DNA of 61,375 nucleotides, the filler included, from Globobulimina sp. (lineage: Eukaryota): assembly GCA_003354225.1 (NCBI GenBank). It is 19 parts of 19 records of this genome, joined end to end, with 100 filler letters (N's around TTAATTAATTAA, not from the genome) between each part and the next. Parts side by side here need not be neighbours in the genome. Positions count along the whole stretch, not along the records: positions 9,715 to 12,852 come from PIVH01003617.1; positions 12,953 to 16,090 come from PIVH01003618.1; positions 16,191 to 19,327 come from PIVH01003619.1; positions 19,428 to 22,564 come from PIVH01003620.1; positions 22,665 to 25,801 come from PIVH01003621.1; 14 more parts are not named here. One strand, written 5' to 3'. The translations under genes and the position numbers were made by a program. Shown here in pieces: positions 11,006-23,890 of the stretch (position 1 is its first letter; each line of letters opens with the position of its first letter). The notes below the pieces were generated by a model. The model saw only the letters and a list, made by a program, of their open reading frames with translations, made no database searches and had not been told where the DNA came from.

Positions 11006-11542
11006 TCTTTGGGTTTAGTGTTATTTTCATGATTTGTTTTCTGTTTACTACAAAACTTTTTTGTGCGAGGATATAATTTGTTGTAAATAAGAACGGATTC
11101 TATCTAAATAAGACAACAAATCCCATGGTGAGACAGCATACAGAGACAATGGGACTCAGTCTTTCTCCAATTCTTGCTGATTTCCAAAATACACTTGAGA
11201 ATCTGTGATATTGTGTTGCAATGATGTAAAATGTTTGATTATTTGATTGATGTATGTATGATATAACTAACCCAGTTTTGTATCGATCAATTGATTGTGG
11301 CCAATGCGTTCTCAAATAAGCACATGCACAGATTAGAAGCAAGAACGCAGCTAATAATGATTGTAAATTGAATAATGCACCGTTCTGAATATATATTTGT
11401 ATTTCACGTATTAGATAATTTGTTTAGACTGTGATGGTGTAATTCAGCGTACCAATGGCATAGTTGATGTTTTTTTCGAAAATCTTTCTAAACTTTTAGT
11501 CTGACTTATCGATATCGACAACTATTGCATCTATCAAATACA

Positions 11543-12852
11543 ATGTTGTATCGAACCAAAACTAAACCAAAACTCCTTCATGCCATCATCCGTTCATTCG
11601 CCACTAAACGCCTCACCCGTTCGAAGATATCACCATCGGTTGTAAATGCACAATATGCAGTACGCGGTGCAATCGTAATTCGTGCAAATACAATCCTTGA
11701 TGATCTAAAACATTCACGCGGAAATTATCCATTTAAGAATGTAATTATGTGTAACATTGGTAATCCACAAGAATTAGGACAAATTCCGTTGACATTTCAT
11801 CGACAAGTTCTGTCCTCAATATTAGCGCCTCAATTATTACAAACAACAATATATCCAAATGATGTCAAACAACGAGCGCATAGAATATTAAATGAAACAT
11901 CGTCATATTCCCTTGGTGCATACACTCACTCTCAAGGTACATATATATGCATTCCATTCAGTGCAAGGATGATAAATAGATTTGTCATCGATTGCACTTA
12001 ATTTTGCTTCATCATCAGAAATGAAAATATCCTGCAAACTGTTTCTGACGCTGTACACAAAAATATTTTTCTGCTATATAGGTTTGCCAATAATTAGAGA
12101 CACTGTTTGTGATTTTATTTGTGCTCGGGATGGATTACAAAGAACTGACAAAATAATAAATCCAAATCAAATATTTTTATCCGATGGAGCATCCCCTGGA
12201 ATTAAATATGTTTTACAGTGTCTCATCGCAGGTATTTATAAACAAAACACTTAGTTTTTGTATAACAAAATATGTACAAATACAATTATATATTTTATAG
12301 GTCCAAATGATGGCATTTTAGTACCAATCCCGCAATATCCATTATACAGTGCTAGTATCACATTATTGGGTGGTGCCAAAATTGGATATTACTTGGATGA
12401 GTCAAAAGGGTGGAAATTTGATATAAACGCAGCAAAGCAGGCAGTCAATGATGCGAAAGATAAAGGAATCAAACCAAAAGCGATTGTTTGTATAAATCCG
12501 GGCAATCCCACCGGAAATCTGATGACTGACAATGACATTCGCGATGCGATCACATTGGCAAAAAACGAAAATATGGTGGTTATGGCAGATGAAGTCTATC
12601 AATCAAATATCTATGGAGAAAATAAGACATTTTCCAGTTTTTTTAAGATTTTAAATGAATTAATGGGCAATGATAAGAGCTACAAAAATGTGGAATTGGT
12701 ATCGTATCATTCTGTGTCGAAAGGCATTTTTGGTGAATGTGGTTTGAGGTATTTTATGTGAATTATTTTGTAATTTCTTTTTTTATAATACATGTATTTA
12801 AAGAGGCGGATATATGCATCTATGTAATGTGGAAGAGGATGGATATGAAGAA
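11543..12852 (+). CDS. GPT: Alanine aminotransferase, 3' partial, probably mitochondrial
   Basis: YAVRG, CNIGNPQ, GAYTHSQG, PIPQYPLYSA, INPGNPTG, ADEVYQ, SVSKG..GECGLRGG; introns 11937-12081, 12232-12300, 12749-12803; basic N-terminal extension. Confidence 0.95.
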
Positions 12853-13296
12853 NNNNNNNNNNNNNNNNNNNNNNNNNNNNNNNNNNNNNNNNNNNNTTAA
12901 TTAATTAANNNNNNNNNNNNNNNNNNNNNNNNNNNNNNNNNNNNNNNNNNNNTAAAAAAGATGTTTTACTTGAAGAATCGAGTAAACTATCATCTTGCTT
13001 ACTGCTCTCTAAATCTGTTTCATCATTATACCCAAGGAGTTTCCTCATTTGATTGGAATACCACATATTCTGTGCCAACAAGACAACATATCATAAATGA
13101 GGTGCATCGAAATGATTGGTTCTTAATGATGGTACATTTTGCGTATCCTCAGATTGGTAAAATCATTGAGTGTGCTACATGTGGTGGTGAAAGCGGATTT
13201 GTTTATAAACATTACGACGCTATTTTGTAAAAACGTGTTTTCGTTAATGTGTAAAAACATTAATTCATACTTCAAAACTTTGTAGTAGCTCTGATC

Positions 13297-14154
13297 ATGT
13301 CAACGATGATTAATACAAATAATATGAACCATTCTGTGTGCATTACAGATAAGGAAGATTTAATATCATCATTCTATTCTGAAATAATATACGATCCCCG
13401 CATAAATATCAACGATGTTGAGAATCCGCCTAAATTGACGTGTAAAAATCGGACCATTTGGATATCAGAAGACAGCAAATATGTAATTTATTATCAACAA
13501 TTTACAGATTCACTAATATCTGCATTCAATAATAATATTAGCGGATTTGGAATATTTGAATGTTCAAAAGATTCATATTTAACTGCATTGGAACACCAAT
13601 CTGCAGACATTTTAAGTAGCAATTTATGCGTGGATCCAATGTCAATTTATCCAGATTCCTATCCATCAGCACAATGTCAAGGAAAACCACTTATTTATTG
13701 CTTACCATTTGAGGATAAAACAAAATGCCCACAATTCCAAATGACAATGAATTCAATGTATAATAAAATTGATTTTCAGAAGGATTTTACGGATATTTTT
13801 AATTTTTATGAATGTGATTGTTGGTACAAAGCAAACGACGAAGGTGAGATAAATAATGATCAGCAAATAAATATAAATATTAATTTCAATGAAAATTGTC
13901 GCCAAATAATAAAAGAAAATAAATTAAAGGAACAGGAACAGTATGAAATGTACGAAAAAAATCGGAGAGAACAACAAAATATGAAACAAAATCAATATGA
14001 AAAAGATGAAATTACGTATGGAATGGGTAAGGAATTTAGTATTTTGTGGGCATGTTTGGGATTTATAATTGGTTGTATTTTGTTGATAATTATTGTGATA
14101 TATTCGTTTAGAAAACAATATGATAAAAAAATGTACCTAACTTCGCGGAATTAA
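13297..14154 (+). CDS. Hypothetical Cys-containing single-pass membrane protein
   Basis: 285-codon ORF with a C-terminal TM segment (ILWACLGFIIGCILLIIIVIY) followed by basic residues; may be spliced to neighbouring exons. Confidence 0.55.
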   Translation: MSTMINTNNMNHSVCITDKEDLISSFYSEIIYDPRININDVENPPKLTCKNRTIWISEDSKYVIYYQQFTDSLISAFNNNISGFGIFECSKDSYLTALEHQSADILSSNLCVDPMSIYPDSYPSAQCQGKPLIYCLPFEDKTKCPQFQMTMNSMYNKIDFQKDFTDIFNFYECDCWYKANDEGEINNDQQINININFNENCRQIIKENKLKEQEQYEMYEKNRREQQNMKQNQYEKDEITYGMGKEFSILWACLGFIIGCILLIIIVIYSFRKQYDKKMYLTSRN

Positions 14155-14457
14155 ATATTATCGGAATGCACATCATGGTGACGTTGAAAATGATAATTTG
14201 ATAAAAAATAGTGGTGACTCTACGCATAGTGATACAGAAACAGATGGTTCTTCGTATAGTGATAGCGACACTGATACGGATTTATCAGAGGAGTTGGCAT
14301 ACGAAGATGGAGACACATGTACTACAAATTTCTCTGAATCTATTGTAAATTAATTATTCTTGAACTCCTATAGTCCTATTTTCATATACAAAACATCAGT
14401 GCACTGTTTTTTTGTAATTTTCAGACAAAGAGAGCGTTTTTTTGTTGCTGTTCGAGT

Positions 14458-15805
14458 ATGCCAACACCACGAACAAAACCGGGAAAGGAGATCAAGGAAG
14501 AATCCGACATAGGTTTAACTAATTTAACCAACAGTCCTGTATACAAATCACAAATGAAATCATGGTGTGTCCGATCTAAAAAAGAATTAATAGTTACGTA
14601 TCGACTACATAACATTCATAACAATCACACATCATATTCGTATACAGAAAACAGCTAAAAACAATATGAACAAAAGAATAACAAAATTCTTATTGGTTAC
14701 ACGAAGCAGTAATATTAAATTGAACCGGTTTACTATATCGAACGAACAAATAAGTAAAATGATAAATGGTTGTTGTAATATAATATCTTCATGGAACGGT
14801 GTGGAAATTGGATCATGTAAACAACAAAAAACAACATATAAACAATACAGAGTGACAGCAACTAACTGGTTCAACAGAAATAAAGCAAAGATATTTGCAA
14901 ACTATTTTTTTTTCCCAATTATCTTTAATCATTTATTAAACGTTAAGTTGTTTTCTGTTATTTTTCCAATTAAAAACAAAAAGTAAACATTCGACTGGTT
15001 ACAGTTTATTCGTGGAGTGGAAATGGATGGAAATGATCAAACTAAAATGGGTCTATTCGTAGATACATTATTATTGGTATTTGATGAAAATATTAATTTT
15101 GCCCGAACCAAATCACAGCCATTAATACCGCATCAATCACTAATTCAACCAAACAGTTTTAAATCTCAATGCAGACATTTTATTGAATTTTATGGCATAG
15201 AATGGGATCAAACACATATTCTTCCTGCAAAAATAAAACGGATTTATCAAAAAGATAAAAATCGAAGTAAAAAAATATATGATTCGTTTATTAAAAGTTT
15301 AAAGGAATTGCAACAATTATTAACATCCACAAATTTAAGTTTATTGACATTTTATTCATTAAATAATAATAACAATAAATCAAATAACATTGAAATTAAA
15401 AACAATGATAATCATAATAATAATAATAAACATATTTCGACAACAAATAACATGAGGAATTGTGGTCGAAATGTTATTCATAATTTATTACCATTACAAA
15501 GACAAAGACAAGTTACTGTTGCACCACAGAGACAGATTAATATTAATTTAAATCAACAAATGTTTCTGCCAAATATACCAACTATGTTACCAACAAATAA
15601 TTTTACAGTGAATGGTGATAACATAAATTGGTTAAATCAATTCAATATAAATGGTAATCAATTAAACCAATATATATTGGTTCCTGTTGCAGTGGGAAAC
15701 AATTTTAATAATCAAAATTGCGGAATGTTACGGTATGAATTGGTGTCTGTCCCAAATATGTCAATTCAACCATTGCCATATCATCAGATCACACCAAACA
15801 TATGA
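14458..15805 (+). CDS. Hypothetical N/Q-rich protein split over three ORFs (spliced or pseudogene)
   Basis: Consecutive same-strand ORFs 14458-14658, 14666-14986 and 15017-15805; Asn-rich tail. Confidence 0.4.
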
Positions 15806-16192
15806 ATTTATAGCAATTGCCTTTTTATCCTATTTTAAATACTACGTTTAATTAAATTTTTTTGATCTAATTTTAGTTTTATGATATTTGTTTGCTATTT
15901 GTTTTTTGTAATTATTTTGATTATTATGTGTTTTGCTAAATATTTGATGTTGATTACCAATGTATGTGTTGGGCAGTCAAGTGATCAAAGTTTGTGCTGT
16001 ATCTTAAACTAAAATTAATCGTATTTCTCATACAAACCAGTTCATTCATAGCATTCGACGCCACATCTGCGGCTAAAGCAAAAACATACCNNNNNNNNNN
16101 NNNNNNNNNNNNNNNNNNNNNNNNNNNNNNNNNNTTAATTAATTAANNNNNNNNNNNNNNNNNNNNNNNNNNNNNNNNNNNNNNNNNNNNCT

Positions 16193-19100
16193 TTGGTAGA
16201 AAAGGAAACCATCGGGGACAAAAAGGAGGTGACAAATGTTTTGCAAGCGTACAAGGAGCAGCGATCGGAGGAGGGACTTCATTTTCTATGTGGTGTTGAT
16301 TTTTCAGTAAATTTTGATGTGTTAGGAGGTGGAGACGGTCGAGCGGAGCTGAGGGGCAGTGAGGAGGTGTTGCGGGGCGAGGAGACGGTCGGTGACGGTA
16401 CAGGAGGTCCAGTGGAGTCGGAAAAAATTCAGAAACAGACCATAAGAGGAGGGGTCATGCCAAAATTTTCCAAAACTTTCGGACATAGCCAAAATTCGGA
16501 TGAAAAATTTCCAAATCAAACAGAAATGCCAGAAAGTACTGTAGAGTTGGTGGGAAACGGCGGATCGGATGGGGATCGAAGCAGTCACACGGGTACATCA
16601 ACCGAATCGGTTCATAGTAGTCATACGGGTACTGTAACCAGTCCAACGGATTCAGCGCCCGACGAAAAAGAGGAATCGACGCCCGCGGTAGAGTTGACGC
16701 CTGAGCCCCGAGTTGATTTGACGCAGAGCAGCGAAAAAGCCGATTTTGCGCCTGGCGCCGATCAGACTACGCCCGAAGGTGAAAATGATTTTGCGCCCGC
16801 GTCCAAAAGTGAAACAGCGCCCAGCATTGAAGCGACATTAACTGAAACAGAAACAAACGGTCAACAAGCTACTTTAGCGCCAACAGATACAGTCGATGCT
16901 GTTATTGTTGATGTGTTAAGGCAGTGTCGATATCAAACACAACATTACATTGATACTATTCTTCGAACAGAGCCAGTTCTATCTGATATATCTGAAAATA
17001 CTGAACCTGAAATTTTTGACAATCAAGAAATGACTAGTTATGCACGGATTGAAGCAGCTAAACATGCAAATGACGCATTGGACATCTCAGTACAGAATGT
17101 AGAGGACCAACCATCAACGAGTGCACGCGGTGATAACAGCTCTTTTACTTCTGCTAATGTATGTAATGATAAAAATGTATGTGAAGTGATTGCTGAAAGT
17201 GCTTCAAGATTGTATGATGAGGAAACAGAAGCAATGTGCGAATCTGCAGCAAGTCGAAATTCTTCAGAAATTTCTCCGATCGATGTCGATGAGGACTTTT
17301 CTGAAAATTTCGTTGAAAGACCAGAATCTGTTGACAGCGATGACGGTGAACCGGATGTTGTTGTAATGGATGTTGAACCGGATCAAGTTACTGTAGGTCC
17401 GAGGGTACTGTATGTTCCATTAGAAGTGACGGTAGCTTATCTTCGTGATGAATTGCATGAACAGAAAGATCAAGCTGAAGTGCAACGAAAGTTAACACAA
17501 GCCATGCATGAAGTTGAGATGAAAGAAATGAAGGAAGAATGCGAAAAAGAAAAGCGGATGAATGAAATGCTTCGGGACGAAATGACAAGAGCTTTGGTTG
17601 AAATCGATAAAGCCAGAGTACTGTCTGAACAACAAGCCAGTGAAGTACATACTCAACATCAAATCATGCGAGACCGTCATAGAGAGTTGAAAAACAATAT
17701 TAAAGAAATGGAAAAGCAGACCACCAAAGTTGAGGAGTCATGCAAAAGGGCCAATGATGCTGCAACGGAAGTAACAGTTGAAGTGCAAAAAGAAGTTGAT
17801 GAAAAGGAGAAGGAAAATGAGGAGTGGAAAAAGAAATGTCAGAGGGCATTGTTGCACAACGATAAACTGAAGGAGGACAAAAGATTGGCCATGGATATGT
17901 ACAACAATGTAGTAAAGCACATGAAAACACAACGTGTCAGTTTCGAAGTAGAAGCTCGAAGGCAACAACTTAGATTTGACACATCAGCCCAAGAAAGATG
18001 GATTCACAATGAACAAACAGTCATTGAACATGTTGCACAAGTTTCATTACTTCAACAACGGGTGAATCATTTAGAAAGTGAAAGAGAAGGTCATGAAATG
18101 CTTCATAAGGAAAATCAAACTGATGAACCTGTGCCATCTGAATGGAAGGTAAAGTATGAAAGCTGCCAAGAGCGTGTTCAGGATTTAATCGATCAGACCA
18201 TCAGATTGGGTCAGTATGTCAATGAAAGGGACCATCAGCTTCACAGACAAGAAGAAGAAATTGAAGAGCGTGACAATGCACTCACCATTCTTAATGAAAA
18301 TCATGAAATGGAAATAAATGACAAAATGTTTGACATTGACCAAATTAAACAGGAATATCGGGTGAAAATGGAAAACAGAGAGGTGGAGTATGAGCTCATG
18401 CGACGTGAAGTTGAAACCAAAACACAGGAGAGAGATCGCGCCTATGAATTAATTCGTCACCAGGAAGGGGCAATAGAGGCAACATATGAACAGAGAGAAA
18501 GGGAATTGGCAGAATTGAAGGCTGCACATAGGCTTGAAATGGAAACACTTCATGCATACTATGGGGAAACGCCTGAAAGATCGCCACAACAACCTACGAC
18601 TGGGTCAGAGTTGTGTGGTCTGCCAGTGCCTGATGCTGTGAGAGAAGAGGAGGTTCAGGATGAAGGGGAAGTAAATTCTGGACAAGAGACTGACAACTCA
18701 ACAATCAGGAGAGAATTGGAAAGAGAATTGGATGAATTGATCGCTTGTGATGACAGAGTTGGGGAAGAGAGAGCACCACATGAAGATTTGATTCGACAAT
18801 CTGGATCAAATGTGGCTTCGGGTATCTCTGAAGGAGAAAGTTCATCCAGGATTGGATTACATTTATTATTGAAACAGATTGTGTCACCGGAACAACAGGA
18901 AGAAGATCGATTGTATGATGATGCACCACCCAGGGCCCGGGGAGTGAATCTGACTGCAGAATCGTCTATGAGAAGAGCCAGTAGTGTAAGCTGGGCTAGT
19001 GATTCGTCAAATTGGACCAATGAATGGATTAACACTGAACCACATCGTCATCGTCATAGAGTCAACACGAATGTTCATGGAACACATGGGGACGCCCATC

Positions 19101-19327
19101 CACAGGCATCGGGACAAGATAGCCCAATGGCCGCCGGAGCAAACAGGGAACACGGATACAATGGGGAACTTCGAGGTAGAAACAGACGAGTTTATCCAGA
19201 AACAGGAGCTGATCCATATAGGGCAGAGCCCATGATGAGTCAACAACAACATCAGCGACTGATTGAGGCTGAAAGGTCATTGGCCGAAGCTGATTTGCAA
19301 CAGTCTCATTCAGACAGGATCATTGCG
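16193..19327 (+). CDS. Large acidic coiled-coil protein, possibly retroelement Gag/ORF1-like
   Basis: Intron-free frame spanning the whole contig; disordered N-terminal part, long heptad region, higher GC. No diagnostic domain, so the Gag assignment is inference only. Confidence 0.55.
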
Positions 19328-19441
19328 NNNNNNNNNNNNNNNNNNNNNNNNNNNNNNNNNNNNNNNNNNNNTTAATTAATTAANNNNNNNNNNNNNNNNN
19401 NNNNNNNNNNNNNNNNNNNNNNNNNNNTTTATTTAACATAC

Positions 19442-19704
19442 CATACTTTTTCCATATCGTCCCAATTATTAACAATGCCATGTTCGACTGGATATTTCAA
19501 GGACAAAATACCCCACTTTGCTTGCGCCTCATCGCCGACATAACAGTCTTTCTGCCCCATTCCTACCATGACGCCCTGATGACGCGGTCGACCCACAATC
19601 GATGGAAATACTGCTCGCGGAGCATCATCGCCGGCAAAACCGGCCTTCATCATACCACTGCCATTATCAATTACAATGGCTGCTGCCTCATCATCATCGG
19701 CCAT
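19442..19704 (-). CDS. ACT: Actin, first exon
   Basis: [44 protein letters not shown]...[15 protein letters not shown], followed by a GTATGT donor at 19441. Confidence 0.97.
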
Positions 19705-19828
19705 TTTTGAATTTTAATCTAATTTATTTGAAAAACAACGAAACGAATGAGTGTCAGTGTAGGTGTATGAGATGTGTGGAGTGTTTTTGAAAGTTTTTTC
19801 AGCTTCAATACAAAATCAATTTTGTTAA

Positions 19829-21193
19829 ATGTCCTCAACACCAACACCAACATTTAAACGACAAGAAGCAGTCAACCGTAATGACTTTCTCATTCAATGG
19901 CTGCAAGAGTATAAACTGGAACATTTATATGAAATAGTCTCCAAATCACGGATAAACATTGAAGAATTATGTGAATGCGATGAAGAAGTGATACAAGAAA
20001 CAGCTAAATGTAAATTAAATTTAGAAGGAGATGACTTATCATTATTTGTAACATCATTAGTAACCTATAATAATTTGCAATGTTTAACCAAACGCAATTT
20101 GGAAGTCTCTTCGTGTATAAATAGTTTGGAATATACAAAAAACGAATTGAGTATCAAACAAAGTAACGATGTATTATATGTTCAAGAAAAATTCAAAAAA
20201 ATAATGAAAACACTAAAAAAAAGGGAAAATATTTTAATTCGCGACATGTCAAAAAAGAGTCAAAATAAAGTAAATCTTTTAAATGAACAAATATTGCACT
20301 TAAATGAGTATAAAACTAAATTGGAGCAGCAATATGATTTATTATCGATTGCCAGCACCAAAGTGATAAATGTTAATGTTGAGCCAGTTAAGGATGAAAA
20401 TATTAATACGATTACGTCAGTATTACTAAATGAGAGCATCCAATATGACAAGGATAGGTTCGCCACAATCAATAATATGAGCGTAGAAATACCAAATTAC
20501 GATGATATCATATCACAAATAAAGCGAACAGGCATTATTGCCGACGAATTTAACCATTTTAATGATAACGATATTGATAAAATTGATGATAAATTAGATT
20601 GTTTGTGCGGTACACAATTAATATTAACAAAAGTGATGAAAGCATATGATGCCAAACATAAAATATATTGTAATTTTTGTAATAATTTTTGCAACGATAA
20701 TGTGAATATATATCATTGTCCCCGTGGTGATATAAAATTGCATCCCGGCGGATTTGACTTGTGTTATTTTTGTGGCAGTCGCTGTTTTGAAGCAAGAAAA
20801 GCAGATAAAAGGAGAGAAAAAGAGGAAATAAAAAAACAAAGACAGAAACAAAGGAAGAGGAAGGCAATGAGCAATGGTTTGGATAAAATAAAAAAAACAC
20901 ATCGTTATCGTAGAAGGCCAAATGCACCAAACGCAAAAGTAGGAGTTGGTTTATTTAATAATATTAATATTCGGCATAATCGGTCCCATTCAGAAATGAA
21001 AAGCAGTCAATGGGAAAAAGCGAATGTTGCTCACAAAGCTAATTTTGTATACAGTCAACAATTGCAACAGTTGACAGAGATGGGATATGATTATAAAAAA
21101 TCCAAAAAATTGCTACTTAAACATAGTGGAAATCTTACAAAGGCTTTGGGTGTTAAGTTGCATGACAATTATATCTCTATTAGTTCTTTTTAA
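19829..21193 (+). CDS. SAM-like + coiled-coil + Zn-finger + UBA protein
   Basis: WLQEYKLEHLYE (SAM-like); CLCG..CNFC..YHC..HPGGFDLCYFC (ZZ-like Zn finger); QLQQLTEMGY..SKKLL..HSGNLTKAL (UBA-like). Confidence 0.65.
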   Translation: MSSTPTPTFKRQEAVNRNDFLIQWLQEYKLEHLYEIVSKSRINIEELCECDEEVIQETAKCKLNLEGDDLSLFVTSLVTYNNLQCLTKRNLEVSSCINSLEYTKNELSIKQSNDVLYVQEKFKKIMKTLKKRENILIRDMSKKSQNKVNLLNEQILHLNEYKTKLEQQYDLLSIASTKVINVNVEPVKDENINTITSVLLNESIQYDKDRFATINNMSVEIPNYDDIISQIKRTGIIADEFNHFNDNDIDKIDDKLDCLCGTQLILTKVMKAYDAKHKIYCNFCNNFCNDNVNIYHCPRGDIKLHPGGFDLCYFCGSRCFEARKADKRREKEEIKKQRQKQRKRKAMSNGLDKIKKTHRYRRRPNAPNAKVGVGLFNNINIRHNRSHSEMKSSQWEKANVAHKANFVYSQQLQQLTEMGYDYKKSKKLLLKHSGNLTKALGVKLHDNYISISSF

Positions 21194-21680
21194 TTATATC
21201 TCTTATACATATACAGGAACTGATGTAATTATTATAATATTATGTTATACAGTATTGTCGTTGTATTAATTTGAATGTTATTGTTTTTGATGTTTTTACT
21301 GTTTCATCATCGTTTTGTTTGGTTGCTACAACTTAAAAATTTAATTTGTGTGTGTCTTTGAGAAACTGTTTTGTAGAATTCGAATTGAGTTGATTTGAAT
21401 GAGCGATAATGCTATGATAGGACGTGTAATTCTATACAGGAATGTATCACACGAAAACTTCTTTTCATAGTTGTATACAGAAACTGTTTGCTATATAGCT
21501 TTGTGTTGGGTTTGTTATAACTTGTCTTGGGTTTGCCAATCCAGGACACATTTTTTTTGGATCGATCTGCAAACGTGAGTTATCTAATCGGAACTCATCA
21601 TTTACGTTACTAATACAAGAAGTTTTTCACCACAAACTATCACACACAAACCACCCCCACACACACATGCATGAAAACTG

Positions 21681-22541
21681 CTATTCAGAATGAAAAGTTA
21701 GGGTTTGTTTGCCATTACCCCTCATAATAAGCATAGGAGGTAATGTATTTTTATTACACATAATTTTTAATATTGACATGTATTGATTGGCTGTAATAAA
21801 TGTTGTTGGAATTGGTAAGGTGACAATAATCATAGATGACAAAGATGAATATTCATTTAATAATTCACACAATCTCAGCCATCTACATATTACTTTGGTT
21901 CTTGTGGTTGATGCTATTTTACAATTTGAATATTGTTCAAATTTATTTAATGTCTCTTTATTTATGTCATTATGTACAACATGAATTATGCGTGGTTCAT
22001 CATCATATGTTTTATGTAAACGAAATTTAAAAATTAATTCTTTGATAATATTTTCTTCATAACATTCATCATTATCTGTTATTAAATTAATTCGAACTCG
22101 ACATTCTCGGAAAAAGGAATGTAAACTCATCAAATATGGCAATAATAATGTTAAACCACCATCGTCCACCATCCACCAGATATCAATTATATTATTTTTA
22201 TTATACAAAAACCGTGGCAAATCAAAATTTATTTTATTAAATCCGCAACAAATCATAACACCACAACCACTTAACAATGCATCTCGAATTATATCTACAT
22301 ACTCATCATTATCGATATCAATTGCAATGTCATCATCTTTCATTTTAATAACAATTGTATTTGGTCGTAATACTCCTAAACCACACATTTGTAATGCTGA
22401 TTGTACGCCATTTCTATAGGTTTGCGACACAATTTTATTACAGAATCCATGCACTCTTTTCCCTGCAAATTTTGTTCGTGATGATATATGTTTTCTTATT
22501 GGCAAATATCCGCTGGATACGTTGTCATTTGCTGATTTCAA
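21681..22541 (-). CDS. SLC12 cation-chloride cotransporter, C-terminal domain exon
   Basis: GLGVLRPNTIV, IDIWWMVDDGGLTLLLPYLM, IVTLPIP, LIMRGNGKQTLTFHSE. Confidence 0.93.
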   Translation of the reverse strand: MKSANDNVSSGYLPIRKHISSRTKFAGKRVHGFCNKIVSQTYRNGVQSALQMCGLGVLRPNTIVIKMKDDDIAIDIDNDEYVDIIRDALLSGCGVMICCGFNKINFDLPRFLYNKNNIIDIWWMVDDGGLTLLLPYLMSLHSFFRECRVRINLITDNDECYEENIIKELIFKFRLHKTYDDEPRIIHVVHNDINKETLNKFEQYSNCKIASTTRTKVICRWLRLCELLNEYSSLSSMIIVTLPIPTTFITANQYMSILKIMCNKNTLPPMLIMRGNGKQTLTFHSE

Positions 22542-22664
22542 TAAATTTGTTCTATACTCTCCACNNNNNNNNNNNNNNNNNNNNNNNNNNNNNNNNNNNN
22601 NNNNNNNNTTAATTAATTAANNNNNNNNNNNNNNNNNNNNNNNNNNNNNNNNNNNNNNNNNNNN

Positions 22665-23112
22665 ATTGTCGTTGTTGCAAAAACAGATTCTAGTGCAGCT
22701 ATTTAAGTTACTTTCTTCGCCGACATACCAATAATCGGCTGGACTGCAGTAATTGTCAATATTCCAAAAGACTTTGTTGTAACTGCTACATTGGCCGGTC
22801 GAGGGCGGATAAACTTGGGTCACATCGTCCATTATCCACTGCCGGGTATCTTGTGCTGCATTGTCAGTGGGTGCGGGTGTGGGGACTTTCCTGTATTGTC
22901 CATTGGTTGGACGTGTATTATCTTCTTGTAAATCCCATACGCAAATACCTTAGTTGTTTATCGTAGATTGTATTTTTATATGTGTATAGTGCAACTGTGC
23001 AAGGATAGATAGATATACAATTGTCGCTGGGAGAATTGCAATTGGTCAATGTTGCATCTGTTTGAAAAATTAATAAGGTTAAAATTATTAATATGATACA
23101 AAGTGTTGTCAT
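22665..23112 (-). CDS. Secreted Cys-rich protein, 3' partial; frame joint not canonical
   Basis: Signal peptide MTTLCIILIILTLLIFQTDA; continues in another frame (GICVWD..VPTPAPTD..CTRICFCNN) after an AT-rich intron-like segment. Confidence 0.45.
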
Positions 23113-23890
23113 ATTGCTATGTTTTCAAGTGAAAGATGTAATTTTTATTAAAAACTTATCATAAAAAACGCATTATTTTGTGTTGACAGCATGGCAAAAA
23201 AAACTGGTTTAAACAATAACGAGGAACAAAAATACTCACTGGACAACCACAAAATATTGGTAAAAATAACACACATTGTTGCTAAAATATATTCTCGATG
23301 TTGCTGCGACATTGATATAAAAATGGTTTCCAAAGCTCTGCACACATAGCACATTTTTAATATATTGATATTGTAAATATTAAAAACATCCAGCAAATAA
23401 ACAAAAAAACTCCACAATGGTGTGGTATATGAGCCAACAATTTATAAATAAAATCTCAGCACATAAAACAGCCATAATTGTTATTTTAAACAGATATAAC
23501 ACCTCCATGGAAATTAACAATGTTATCATATGTCGTTCAACACAATCTAAAATATCAATAGTATCAACTTGCACGAACAGGCAATGGAAATAAGAATTCA
23601 TTATTACCTCCAACTGCTTTATTGTTAAAAAAACACAGTAAACTCCGCTGCAAAAGAAATATTGTTAAAAACATTACAATCGTGGTGACAAAAAGTAACA
23701 TTTGTTGTTAATGACTTTGAAGTCAGCGGATTACACCTTCGTAACAAAAGTTAGCAAAATATTGATTGTGACAATTTGATTGGTAACACCTTGGAATGAA
23801 CAAAAGTCACAACAAAAACTACACAAATAATGTCACAGTTACAGTCATCATTATTGCTCATTTGCTTAGGTTCAATTCGAAATTCTTAAT

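Noticed and set aside
7442..19704. Functional linkage of the RPEL protein and the R62W actin
   Set aside because: Different contigs; co-occurrence in the window is incidental.
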